A stretch of DNA of 60,369 nucleotides from IMG/VR virus record IMGVR_UViG_3300037963_002318, positions 1-60,369 of that record; one strand, given 5' to 3'. A program made the translations under genes and the position numbers. The DNA comes from a virus (taxonomy: Duplodnaviria > Caudoviricetes). Shown piece by piece: positions 40,191 through 47,804 of the stretch. The notes beneath the pieces were generated by a model. The model was not told the origin of the DNA. It ran no database searches and was given only the letters and a program-made list of their open reading frames with translations. The number at the start of each line of letters is the position of its first letter. Position 1 is the first letter of the stretch.

Positions 40191-41708
40191 TCACAACCTA
40201 ACATATTTGCTTGATGATGGTCTGCGTTTATTAGTTTTTGGGTTCTTTTTATTCTTAGACCAGCCACCCATGCTGGTTGTTTTGGAAATCATAGGCATTT
40301 GGTCGTTTTGTTTTGGTTTGAATTGGTCTATTGCGTGTGCCAAAGCCATAACAGTATCGTTATGTTTGCCGACATCAACAATCTCGCCGTTTTTCCAAAC
40401 ATGCGCCTCTAACTCATCGAGAATAATGTTGACTTTTTTCCGAGTAGCGTCATCCCCATAGGGGAATACTACTAACTTGCGCTCAAACCAAACTCGCAAG
40501 CGATTCATTAGACCTTGCTTGAGTCCTTTGTTGGATGCTTTGGATGGGCGATAGTCCAAATGTCCCCCCTTTTGCTCTATGACTGTTTGATATAGTCGCT
40601 GAAAACCTACATCTTCAGCCGCAACGGGGGCACCATAATGTTTAGCCCACTCAATAATTGTGTCTGCTTGCCTGTCCGGCGGAAAATCATTTTTGCGCCA
40701 CATATCAACAAAATGAATATACCCCTGTTCATCTTGACGCAAACATATTAAGACGGAGTAATCTTTGCCTATACCATGAGCAGGGTCGAAACCGAGGATG
40801 AAACGGGAACCATCGTGGAGTTGACTGTCGAAACCACTAATGGCTCCTATGTCTATGTGTTCTCGGATGAGGTGCCTGTTGAAAACTTGGGAGTCATCAT
40901 CCACGACCTTGCACAAATACTCCTGTGCGAAAGCGAGGTCATCGTCTATGCTGATTTTTTGTTCCAGCAAAAACTCGGTGGGTCTAAACTCGGGCCACAG
41001 TGGCAGTAGTGGGATATTATCGGGGTCGGCTCTATGCTCATCCCAATTAGGAAATGCAGACCAAACGCCGGATTTCCAAACCTGCTTTGCTTTTTCGGAT
41101 AGCATTTCAGTATGATATAGGTCGGTGTGGGACATTGGTGTGCCTACACAAAATAATGATGTGCCGGGGTCAAGCATAGGAGTTACTACCTTCTTGAACC
41201 ATTCTGATACTGAGTCCATAGTCATGTCACCCATTTCAGCGAGAACATCATCGAGTGCTACTACCGCAGGGTGTTCTCCACGAATAGCGGAACCCACACC
41301 TGTTGCTTGAATCCAAGCACCGTTAGTAAATTGAATCCTTTGTTTGTTAGAACGCTTTTCATCAAGATACTTTCGTAATTCGGGGTGACGGCGCATATCC
41401 GTTTTGATTTCCTCAAGACGGTTTGTAGCCTGTCGTATGCTGGCTGAGAATAGCCATACTTCAATAGGTTGCCCGTGTCTTTGCTCGAATAGACACATAT
41501 GCAGTAGTTTTACTCGAAGAGTAGCCGACTTGCTATGGGAGCGAGGGGCAATAATACAGACACGGTGGACTTGGGCACCTTTGCGGTTGCCGTATAATTC
41601 CATCCACTCATCTATGTGGTCTGCCCACTTGTATTCGGGTGAGAGCCATTCATAGAAATGTTTGATGTCATGGCGTGAACGCTCGAAGTTGAAGTTGGGC
41701 ATTACCAT
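40191..41708 (-). CDS. terL: terminase large subunit
   Basis: APRSHSKS Walker A, LDDV Walker B, VGTP, FAQEY, GFDPA and HNDTVMALA nuclease motifs. Confidence 0.93.
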   Translation of the reverse strand: MVMPNFNFERSRHDIKHFYEWLSPEYKWADHIDEWMELYGNRKGAQVHRVCIIAPRSHSKSATLRVKLLHMCLFEQRHGQPIEVWLFSASIRQATNRLEEIKTDMRRHPELRKYLDEKRSNKQRIQFTNGAWIQATGVGSAIRGEHPAVVALDDVLAEMGDMTMDSVSEWFKKVVTPMLDPGTSLFCVGTPMSHTDLYHTEMLSEKAKQVWKSGVWSAFPNWDEHRADPDNIPLLPLWPEFRPTEFLLEQKISIDDDLAFAQEYLCKVVDDDSQVFNRHLIREHIDIGAISGFDSQLHDGSRFILGFDPAHGIGKDYSVLICLRQDEQGYIHFVDMWRKNDFPPDRQADTIIEWAKHYGAPVAAEDVGFQRLYQTVIEQKGGHLDYRPSKASNKGLKQGLMNRLRVWFERKLVVFPYGDDATRKKVNIILDELEAHVWKNGEIVDVGKHNDTVMALAHAIDQFKPKQNDQMPMISKTTSMGGWSKNKKNPKTNKRRPSSSKYVRL

Positions 41709-41854
41709 TATCGCACCACCCTCATGTTACCACAATAAACTGTGCGTTTTTGTTTTGGGCACCATTTGGTGCATGAAGTGTAACAAGCGTTTGCTTCACG
41801 ACCACAGTTGTTACATTTGCGTAACTTTCTATGGAATCTGTGTCCTCCAGCCAT
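41708..41854 (-). CDS. small Cys-rich zinc-finger protein (48 aa, not in ORF track)
   Basis: MAGGHRFHRKLRKCNNC...YCGNMRVVR; TAATG coupling to terminase. Confidence 0.5.
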   Translation of the reverse strand: MAGGHRFHRKLRKCNNCGREANACYTSCTKWCPKQKRTVYCGNMRVVR

Positions 41855-41856
41855 AC

Positions 41857-43224
41857 TTATTCCTCATGGACTACTGGTGCGAATAGAGAACCGATGTAGC
41901 CCTCCTTTTCGTCAATTAGATATGCGGCCAAACCTGCGGTGCTAGTAGTGTAACCTGCTCTTGCGTGGTATCTGTCGTGACCTGCAAGGGATGGCATCTG
42001 CACAATTAGGCATCCGTCTTTTTCGGTTAAGCGTTGGTGGTGAAGGTGTCCGTGGAACCATACTCTATGGTCGGTCTGTCCCCACTGCTTCTTTGCTTCG
42101 TTAGCCATTAGACCAGCAAGGCTATTGGTCTTTTTAAGTCCGTCACCGTGGGTGAATCCAAGCAGTGTTGAACCGTACACTAGGTAACGGCGGTTAAAGG
42201 AGGATATGGTAATTGTGACATCATTACAACCTTCGTATGCCGCAGATAGATACATCATCAGTGCGATAGTGGAATGGCGGTCGTGATTGCCAGCCATCAT
42301 TACTACTTCGACAGGTGCGATTTGTCGCATCAAGTCAATGTGTTCTCGGGCCAACTTGCATCCGGTAATAAGGATTTCAGCAGGGGAGCCGCACATATCT
42401 TGCAGGGTTCCCTTAGTAGTAGTACCTTGGTCGTTATCAACATGGAACCAATCGGAGCCAGCACCTACATAGATTTTTTCGGGAGCAGATGGGATTCTGC
42501 TAACAAGGCTTTCGGTCTTTTCCATTAGACGCTTTCGTGCCTCCTCGAAGTTGTATGTTTCACCTACTTCATCCTCCCAGCCGTGTTTTCCCCAGTGGAA
42601 ATCGGTAGGACATACTACTAGGGCGTATGGTGAAGGAGCCACAGGTAATTTTAGTTTCGGCACTTTGGATGCGGCTTTTGGTAGGTCTTTGAGATAGTTT
42701 AGTTTCCACTCAAGGTCACGCCACTTGACCGCATCTTCTTCGAGAGCCTTGCGTTCACGCTTGTATATTTCCTGTGCGGCGTTGTGTTTGCGCTGGGATA
42801 ACAAGTCGTCAATGTGTTGCTCGGGTTCATCCAGCAGTTGTTCGTTAGATAGCGGGACTGTGGAGTGCGTAACCTTGTGCGCTCTTTTCCAAGCCAAGAA
42901 GTGTTCAACTGGCATATCGTATTTGAGTGCCATTTCGGAGGCGGTCAACGGGGTGCCGTCAAAACCGGAGTAGTCACGGAGCATGGCTCGGTGCTTTTCG
43001 CCGGACATGCTGATGTCCCCAAAAGTGAGGGCCGTAATGTATGTGTCGGAGGACTCGTCGTAGGAGTATGAATCGTCTTTTACTTCGCTCTCGTAATTGA
43101 TTAGGCGCATCTCCCACGCCTTCACTGTTGAGTCGGGGTAGTATTGGTTTAGTAGTCGTGCGTAGCCGATTCTGCTACCGGGGTGTTCATCCATGTGCTT
43201 TAGTATCGTGTCTTGATGGGACAT
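41857..43224 (-). CDS. calcineurin-like metallophosphoesterase with N-terminal HTH
   Basis: DFHWG, GSDWFH, GNHD, THGD, GHLHH motifs. Confidence 0.85.
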   Translation of the reverse strand: MSHQDTILKHMDEHPGSRIGYARLLNQYYPDSTVKAWEMRLINYESEVKDDSYSYDESSDTYITALTFGDISMSGEKHRAMLRDYSGFDGTPLTASEMALKYDMPVEHFLAWKRAHKVTHSTVPLSNEQLLDEPEQHIDDLLSQRKHNAAQEIYKRERKALEEDAVKWRDLEWKLNYLKDLPKAASKVPKLKLPVAPSPYALVVCPTDFHWGKHGWEDEVGETYNFEEARKRLMEKTESLVSRIPSAPEKIYVGAGSDWFHVDNDQGTTTKGTLQDMCGSPAEILITGCKLAREHIDLMRQIAPVEVVMMAGNHDRHSTIALMMYLSAAYEGCNDVTITISSFNRRYLVYGSTLLGFTHGDGLKKTNSLAGLMANEAKKQWGQTDHRVWFHGHLHHQRLTEKDGCLIVQMPSLAGHDRYHARAGYTTSTAGLAAYLIDEKEGYIGSLFAPVVHEE

Positions 43225-43394
43225 TAGTTATTGGGTGTGCCCGCCAGTTTATCAATGTTTTCCAAAAAAAAAAATCAAAAAAACGCATGGTGCTTGGCTG
43301 TCCCTATATGTATGATAGATGTGATTTTTGGCGACTCGCCTATTAGTAAAAACAGGGCAGTTTTTTGTGATGCCCAGCACTAGAGATTCTCGAC

Positions 43395-43604
43395 TCAATT
43401 TCTCAAGTCAAGAATCCACTGCGGAGCGTCTGAAGTACCCCAATTGTACGGCAGTACTTCAAACGGTACACAGCACCCAAATCCAAGGTTGGTCTTGGTT
43501 GCTAGTTTTTCTCCTACTATCTTCAGTGTACCACATCTGATACACCTAATCATGTTCGTTTTGTACATCTCTTTCCATTCTTTGTTACTCATCATTTTCA
43601 TCAC
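43395..43604 (-). CDS. small Cys-containing hypothetical protein
   Basis: CIRC motif; coupled to the upstream ORF. Confidence 0.4.
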   Translation of the reverse strand: MMKMMSNKEWKEMYKTNMIRCIRCGTLKIVGEKLATKTNLGFGCCVPFEVLPYNWGTSDAPQWILDLRN

Positions 43605-43741
43605 TCATCTTCTTGGTTATACTCATGCTGTGTGCAATCTAAATCATGACCGTGGTCTAGTTTAGCATTACATTCTTCACATCTATCACAAGTGCATTCA
43701 TCAATTAGTTGGAAGCAATCTTCGCATGATTCCTCAGTCAT
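43601..43741 (-). CDS. small acidic Cys/His-rich protein (46 aa, not in ORF track)
   Basis: MTEESCEDCFQLIDECTCDRCEEC...; GAGG RBS upstream. Confidence 0.45.
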   Translation of the reverse strand: MTEESCEDCFQLIDECTCDRCEECNAKLDHGHDLDCTQHEYNQEDE

Positions 43742-43744
43742 TCT

Positions 43745-44149
43745 TCATGCCTCCTCAAATTGTTGGAATGTGGTGTCTGTGTTATCACACTCAATCTCAT
43801 AGACTAATCGTGGCGGTAGTTTCGCTTTAGGTGCCAAGTCGCTTGGACTGTTCAAGTTGTAGTCAATTGGTGGCAGGTTATCCCACTGAATTGATGTGTC
43901 CTTCTTTGTCTCCCTTGCCTTCTTCAGCATATCATCTAGTGTATGCTCATGCTTGGTAACAATGATGTCAAACCATCCCTCGCCATCATCTTCGATTGTC
44001 CAATCAATAGCGAATGCGTGGCAGTATTCGCACCAGCACTCCTCTCCTGTTCTGTCTGTTATCCAGTGATGTTCACCTTCTCCGCATGTATCGTTATTAT
44101 CTCCGACCATGCACCGACGACCACACCACCCCTTATCAATACTCCTCAC
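43745..44149 (-). CDS. acidic hypothetical protein with Cys/His cluster
   Basis: C..H...CWCEYC; likely start is ATG 44110. Confidence 0.5.
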   Translation of the reverse strand: MRSIDKGWCGRRCMVGDNNDTCGEGEHHWITDRTGEECWCEYCHAFAIDWTIEDDGEGWFDIIVTKHEHTLDDMLKKARETKKDTSIQWDNLPPIDYNLNSPSDLAPKAKLPPRLVYEIECDNTDTTFQQFEEA

Positions 44150-44217
44150 ATATGCACCACATATCCAGCGATTTCAAGACCTAATCCAAATCACCACGAA
44201 ATCATATAATCATCATA

Positions 44218-44278
44218 TATCAGTAAGGTACTGCCCCCGGCTCAGTAAATAGAGAGAGAGAAAGAGAAAAAGAGAGAG
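44218..44278 (+). repeat. cassette-boundary element copy 1
   Basis: TATCAGTAAGGTACTGC...CTCAGTAAAT followed by a purine (GA)n tract. Confidence 0.85.
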
Positions 44279-44309
44279 CCCCCCAGTGGAGCGAACTCCA
44301 CTGAGGGGC
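44278..44309 (-). terminator. GC-rich UUCG hairpin followed by a (UC)n tract on the minus strand
   Basis: Minus strand reads GCCCCTCAGTGGAG-TTCG-CTCCACTGGGGGGC, downstream of ORF 44352..44672. Confidence 0.6.
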
Positions 44310-44351
44310 AGATTACTGAGATTTCAGTTATACAAATCCAGCCCAATTGAT

Positions 44352-44672
44352 TCAATTGTTGTTTATGATTGCATCCAAGGCGTTTCTTGTTCGCTCATGG
44401 TCGATGAGTGTTGCATTCTCATATGCGACCAATACTGCACTAAACTCCTTGCTATGGCTACATAGGTATTGTGCGGTGTTCTTCTGCATCATGCCGTACT
44501 TCTCCTTCACATATCCTACATTGGTATGATTGAACAAGTTTGCATATACAGCATAGAATGTGTGAAAATACACATTGAAAACACACCTACCTATTCTGTC
44601 TATATCTTGTGGTACTATTGTCATAATTATCACCTCCTTGTTTGACGCTTCATTCATCCTAATATCTGCCAT
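44352..44672 (-). CDS. hypothetical cassette protein
   Basis: Main ORF between elements 1 and 2, with its own TATA (TATATATA near 44743-44750). Confidence 0.55.
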   Translation of the reverse strand: MADIRMNEASNKEVIIMTIVPQDIDRIGRCVFNVYFHTFYAVYANLFNHTNVGYVKEKYGMMQKNTAQYLCSHSKEFSAVLVAYENATLIDHERTRNALDAIINNN

Positions 44673-44797
44673 TACGCTTCGCCTCTTGATTCACTTCATC
44701 CTCTATCTGATTTCCGTATTGGTCATACTAACAGGTAGGTTGTATATATACCCTTCTCGAAATCATCATCAAAATGCTCATTCAATATTTCAACAGG

Positions 44798-44858
44798 TAT
44801 TAGTAAGGGTACTGCTCCGACTCATAAATAGAGAGAGAAAGAGAAAGAGAGAGAGAGA
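44798..44858 (+). repeat. cassette-boundary element copy 2
   Basis: TATTAGTAAGGGTACTGCTC...CTCATAAAT followed by (GA)n. Confidence 0.85.
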
Positions 44859-44860
44859 CA

Positions 44861-44876
44861 GGGGGCCGAAGCCCCC
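44861..44876 (-). terminator. UUCG hairpin followed by a (UC)n tract on the minus strand
   Basis: GGGGGC-TTCG-GCCCCC downstream of ORF 44900..45271. Confidence 0.55.
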
Positions 44877-44899
44877 CGCCCCTCGGATTTCTGATTTGC

Positions 44900-45271
44900 T
44901 CAGATGATGTCGCCAAACAGGTCTGCAAGGTAGTACGAGATTGATGCCCTGCCTGCTTCATCTGCTTGGTTGTATTCCTCCAGCATGTTCTTCTGATTTG
45001 CTCGATACTGTGTCAGCCATTCTTCAGCATCTCTCATCAGTGATTCGGGGGATTCTCTCAAAATCCAATCCATATCACAGTCTCTCAGAACCTTCTCCAG
45101 CACATTTACTGCCTCAGTTTTCAGTGGTGTTTCTATGTTATCAGCCTCTCTCAGCACAATTGCATGTGCCTTGGTTGCCTCGTGTATGCTTTCTGCAATT
45201 GCAGTTACCAGCATCATTACCATGATGTTGGTTCTGTCAAACGCTTTTCTGCCTATATTTCCGGTGTCCAT
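44900..45271 (-). CDS. hypothetical helical cassette protein
   Basis: Only sizeable ORF between elements 2 and 3; upstream TTTAATAGGGGG promoter and GAGG RBS. Confidence 0.6.
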   Translation of the reverse strand: MDTGNIGRKAFDRTNIMVMMLVTAIAESIHEATKAHAIVLREADNIETPLKTEAVNVLEKVLRDCDMDWILRESPESLMRDAEEWLTQYRANQKNMLEEYNQADEAGRASISYYLADLFGDII

Positions 45272-45345
45272 TTTGGTCGCCTCATGTTACCCGACATGGT
45301 TCCCCCTATTAAACCCAGCGATTCAGACAATCAATAGTTATTGTA

Positions 45346-45399
45346 TGTTAGTAATACTTCCCCTTCGTCTCAGTAAGAAAAAGAGAGAGAGAGAGAGAG
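45346..45399 (+). repeat. cassette-boundary element copy 3
   Basis: TGTTAGTAATACT...CTCAGTAAG followed by (GA)n. Confidence 0.8.
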
Positions 45400-45615
45400 T
45401 TAATCGTGGTACTGCGTGGCATTTTTGATTTTCCACGGCTGGCCGTGAAATCCAACCGTGACTTGATATACTACCACCTGCTCGTCGGTGTATATCCGGG
45501 CAACGATAACCGACAATCAGCAATTACACGAAAATTGGTTTGACAGGTGGTCTGGAACGAAACTGGTAACAGAACGGGGAGCAACCCCGATGTCAAAAGC
45601 AGGAGATGTTTGTCC

Positions 45616-46326
45616 ATGAGCCCAGCGTGGTATGTCATGCAGACAAACATGATTAACGGAAAGGAGGAAACAGTTGGACTGTTGCGTCGAACCATCAACA
45701 ATTTGTTGATGCTAGTTGCAACTATGTTGGGTTACCAACAACCAACTGCGACCTTAGTGAGCAAGATGAAGGAACTAGACCACCTGTACACTGAGTACTT
45801 GGGTCACTGTGCAACCGACTGGATTGGATTCAATCCACCCAGCAAGCGAACACAAACCCTGCTACGAAACAAGTGGATGAAAACCATGAACCAACTAGCC
45901 AAGCAAATAATGAAGGAACTTGTCAAAATCGACTGTTCCTACTGTGGACTTGGTAATGTGTCCGAGAGTGACAAATGCTCCGGCCGAAAGGTCGGTAGTG
46001 GATTTGAAGTCCACGAATGGCAGAAGTCACCAAAGGCACCGAGAGTCTGGGTTGTTGACCAAGAAGCACACTACAATAGTGAGTGGATATGGGTTGACGA
46101 AACCGGACACTATGAGTGGGGCCAACTATACCTACCTGCACAGGGCAACTGTGCAATAGGTCACGGGCCCTACGAAGGTTCAGATAGACCAATGCACAAC
46201 GCACTGGCACATCTTGACAGCGAAGCAGCACAACTGGTGCTAAAGCACTTGGAATACGGCGAAGTACCTCGCCGAGTCCGAGTGGCACTAAACGAACTGG
46301 CCGAGTACGAAACTCGAACAGTTTGA
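45616..46326 (+). CDS. hypothetical cassette protein with CxxC...C motif
   Basis: In-frame ATG 45616 after an AGGAG RBS (track start 45547); CSYC...KC. Confidence 0.6.
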   Translation: MSPAWYVMQTNMINGKEETVGLLRRTINNLLMLVATMLGYQQPTATLVSKMKELDHLYTEYLGHCATDWIGFNPPSKRTQTLLRNKWMKTMNQLAKQIMKELVKIDCSYCGLGNVSESDKCSGRKVGSGFEVHEWQKSPKAPRVWVVDQEAHYNSEWIWVDETGHYEWGQLYLPAQGNCAIGHGPYEGSDRPMHNALAHLDSEAAQLVLKHLEYGEVPRRVRVALNELAEYETRTV

Positions 46327-46370
46327 TACTGAAACAGGCAACAAGTTTGCACCGATTTCGGTTATTTGCC

Positions 46371-46463
46371 CTCCCCAGCACTTCGGTGCTGGGGAGTGGC
46401 TCCTTTTCGGGGTGTCCGAGACGAAGAAGTCCGGGCACCCCACCTTTTTTCATTATTTTTTTA
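46371..46463 (+). terminator. double hairpin plus T tract
   Basis: CTCCCCAGCAC-TTCG-GTGCTGGGGAG (46371-46396), GGGGTGTCCG/CGGGCACCCC (46409-46441), then T runs. Confidence 0.65.
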
Positions 46464-46473
46464 TTTGAACATA

Positions 46474-46535
46474 TATTAGTAAGGGTACTGCTCGCATTCA
46501 GTAAAAAAGAGAGAGAGAGAGAGAGAAGAGAGAGA
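46474..46535 (+). repeat. cassette-boundary element copy 4
   Basis: TATTAGTAAGGGTACTGCTC (20 nt identical to copy 2)...TTCAGTAAA followed by (GA)n. Confidence 0.85.
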
Positions 46536-46551
46536 TGCGGCTTTCATTTTT

Positions 46552-46992
46552 TCAATTTACTCCCTCCAAGAACATATCATAGGTGAAAGTCTGAGGAGGG
46601 AATACTCCATGTTTCTCTAAGTATAGGGCCTGCTCGGCCGTTTCAATGTGTAGTATTTGCTTCAATGTATCAAGGCCGAGTATATCGCATATTTCGCCTT
46701 GAATCCTTGAGGCTTTCAATTCACCCTCTAAAGTGAAAGGGCAATCGTATTTTAGGTGTATAGTGTCATGTAATGCCCTAAATAGGATATTGAAGGGCGC
46801 ACTTCCCCATATGGTTGAATGACTCTCCCCTCCCCAAATCGGCATAGGTAACATTTTGTTATATGCCTCGATGACGGGCTCAAATCCCATATCCTCAATT
46901 GTGACATAGAAGGGATAGACCCCGACATAATCACAGACCTTGAGAAGTCCGTTTTGTATTGCTTGCTTTAATTCGGTAGGTATTGCGACCAT
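46552..46992 (-). CDS. putative metal-binding protein with N..FRAxHDxxH motif
   Basis: FNILFRALHDTIHL...FTLEGE; own TATA and GGAGG RBS. Confidence 0.6.
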   Translation of the reverse strand: MVAIPTELKQAIQNGLLKVCDYVGVYPFYVTIEDMGFEPVIEAYNKMLPMPIWGGESHSTIWGSAPFNILFRALHDTIHLKYDCPFTLEGELKASRIQGEICDILGLDTLKQILHIETAEQALYLEKHGVFPPQTFTYDMFLEGVN

Positions 46993-47058
46993 GTACCTCC
47001 CACGCTACCCCACTATATGAACCCAGCGTTTCAACAAATAGCCAATGAATCAAGTATA

Positions 47059-47124
<66 letters not shown>

Positions 47125-47125
47125 C

Positions 47126-47158
47126 CCTATCATGAACGGTTTTACCTATCATGAACGG
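47126..47158 (+). repeat. tandem 14-bp direct repeat CCTATCATGAACGG
   Basis: Exact copies at 47126 and 47145. Confidence 0.85.
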
Positions 47159-47251
47159 GCCGCCGACCCCCTCTCGGCGGGTGTTTTTTGACCCCCTTGA
47201 GTATTTAAGCAACCGAACATGTTCGTTAATTCTTTAAGGCAAACGGGGTTA

Positions 47252-47770
47252 TTCGGAAATTGCCCGCAAGGGCCGAAGCAATCGGAAACGAATCGGGGGG
47301 GGCGACCTCTCCAAGTCGGCACTCACAAGACTTGGAGACACTAACCCACGGCTCCCGACAAATCTAGCAAGTGATTTCCAAGAGGGTCGCACTCAATCAG
47401 AACACCAAACACAGTGGGATTGAGTCGCCTCAAGGATTCATGGCCTCAACTCCATAGGAGAGGGTCAATCAGAATCAGATGACGGGCTTGCAGGGCGGTC
47501 GAGAGGCCGACAAATGTGCTGGTTTGGCATTACCTTCGGGTGAAAGTGTTCCATGATGCCAAAACACCAGCATAAAGCCACGATGAGGGGGCGTTCTGCC
47601 TATCCGAATCGAGAGCGATTCATTCACTAGGATGGACTCAAAATCGTTTGAGCCCTAGTGACTTTGAGATAAACTAAATCGTGGCCGTTCGTTTTACACA
47701 ATCCTATTCACACTAGATTGAGGAGATGCAATTCGATGATTCAATCAATCCAACTCCCTTGCCCCTACTG
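47252..47770 (+). ncRNA. candidate large structured RNA (unknown family)
   Basis: No ORF in the track; many long stems and GNRA/UUCG tetraloops on the + strand; TATA-like TTTAAG at ~47195 and ~47233. Confidence 0.55.
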
Positions 47771-47804
47771 ATACGGGGAAACACAAGGCGAGGAGCGTGA
47801 AACA

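Noticed and set aside
15234-43071. Numerous plus-strand ORFs within the structural module (and minus-strand ORFs within 163-15145)
   Set aside because: Antisense shadows of long genes, lacking RBS and motifs.
44281-44309. Resemblance of CCAGTGGA...GGGG to an archaeal ORB origin box
   Set aside because: Single partial match that is better explained as the UUCG hairpin on the minus strand; no Orc1/Cdc6 gene recognised.
47252-47770. Retron, DGR or group II intron
   Set aside because: No reverse transcriptase motif in any ORF and no template/variable repeat pair noticed.
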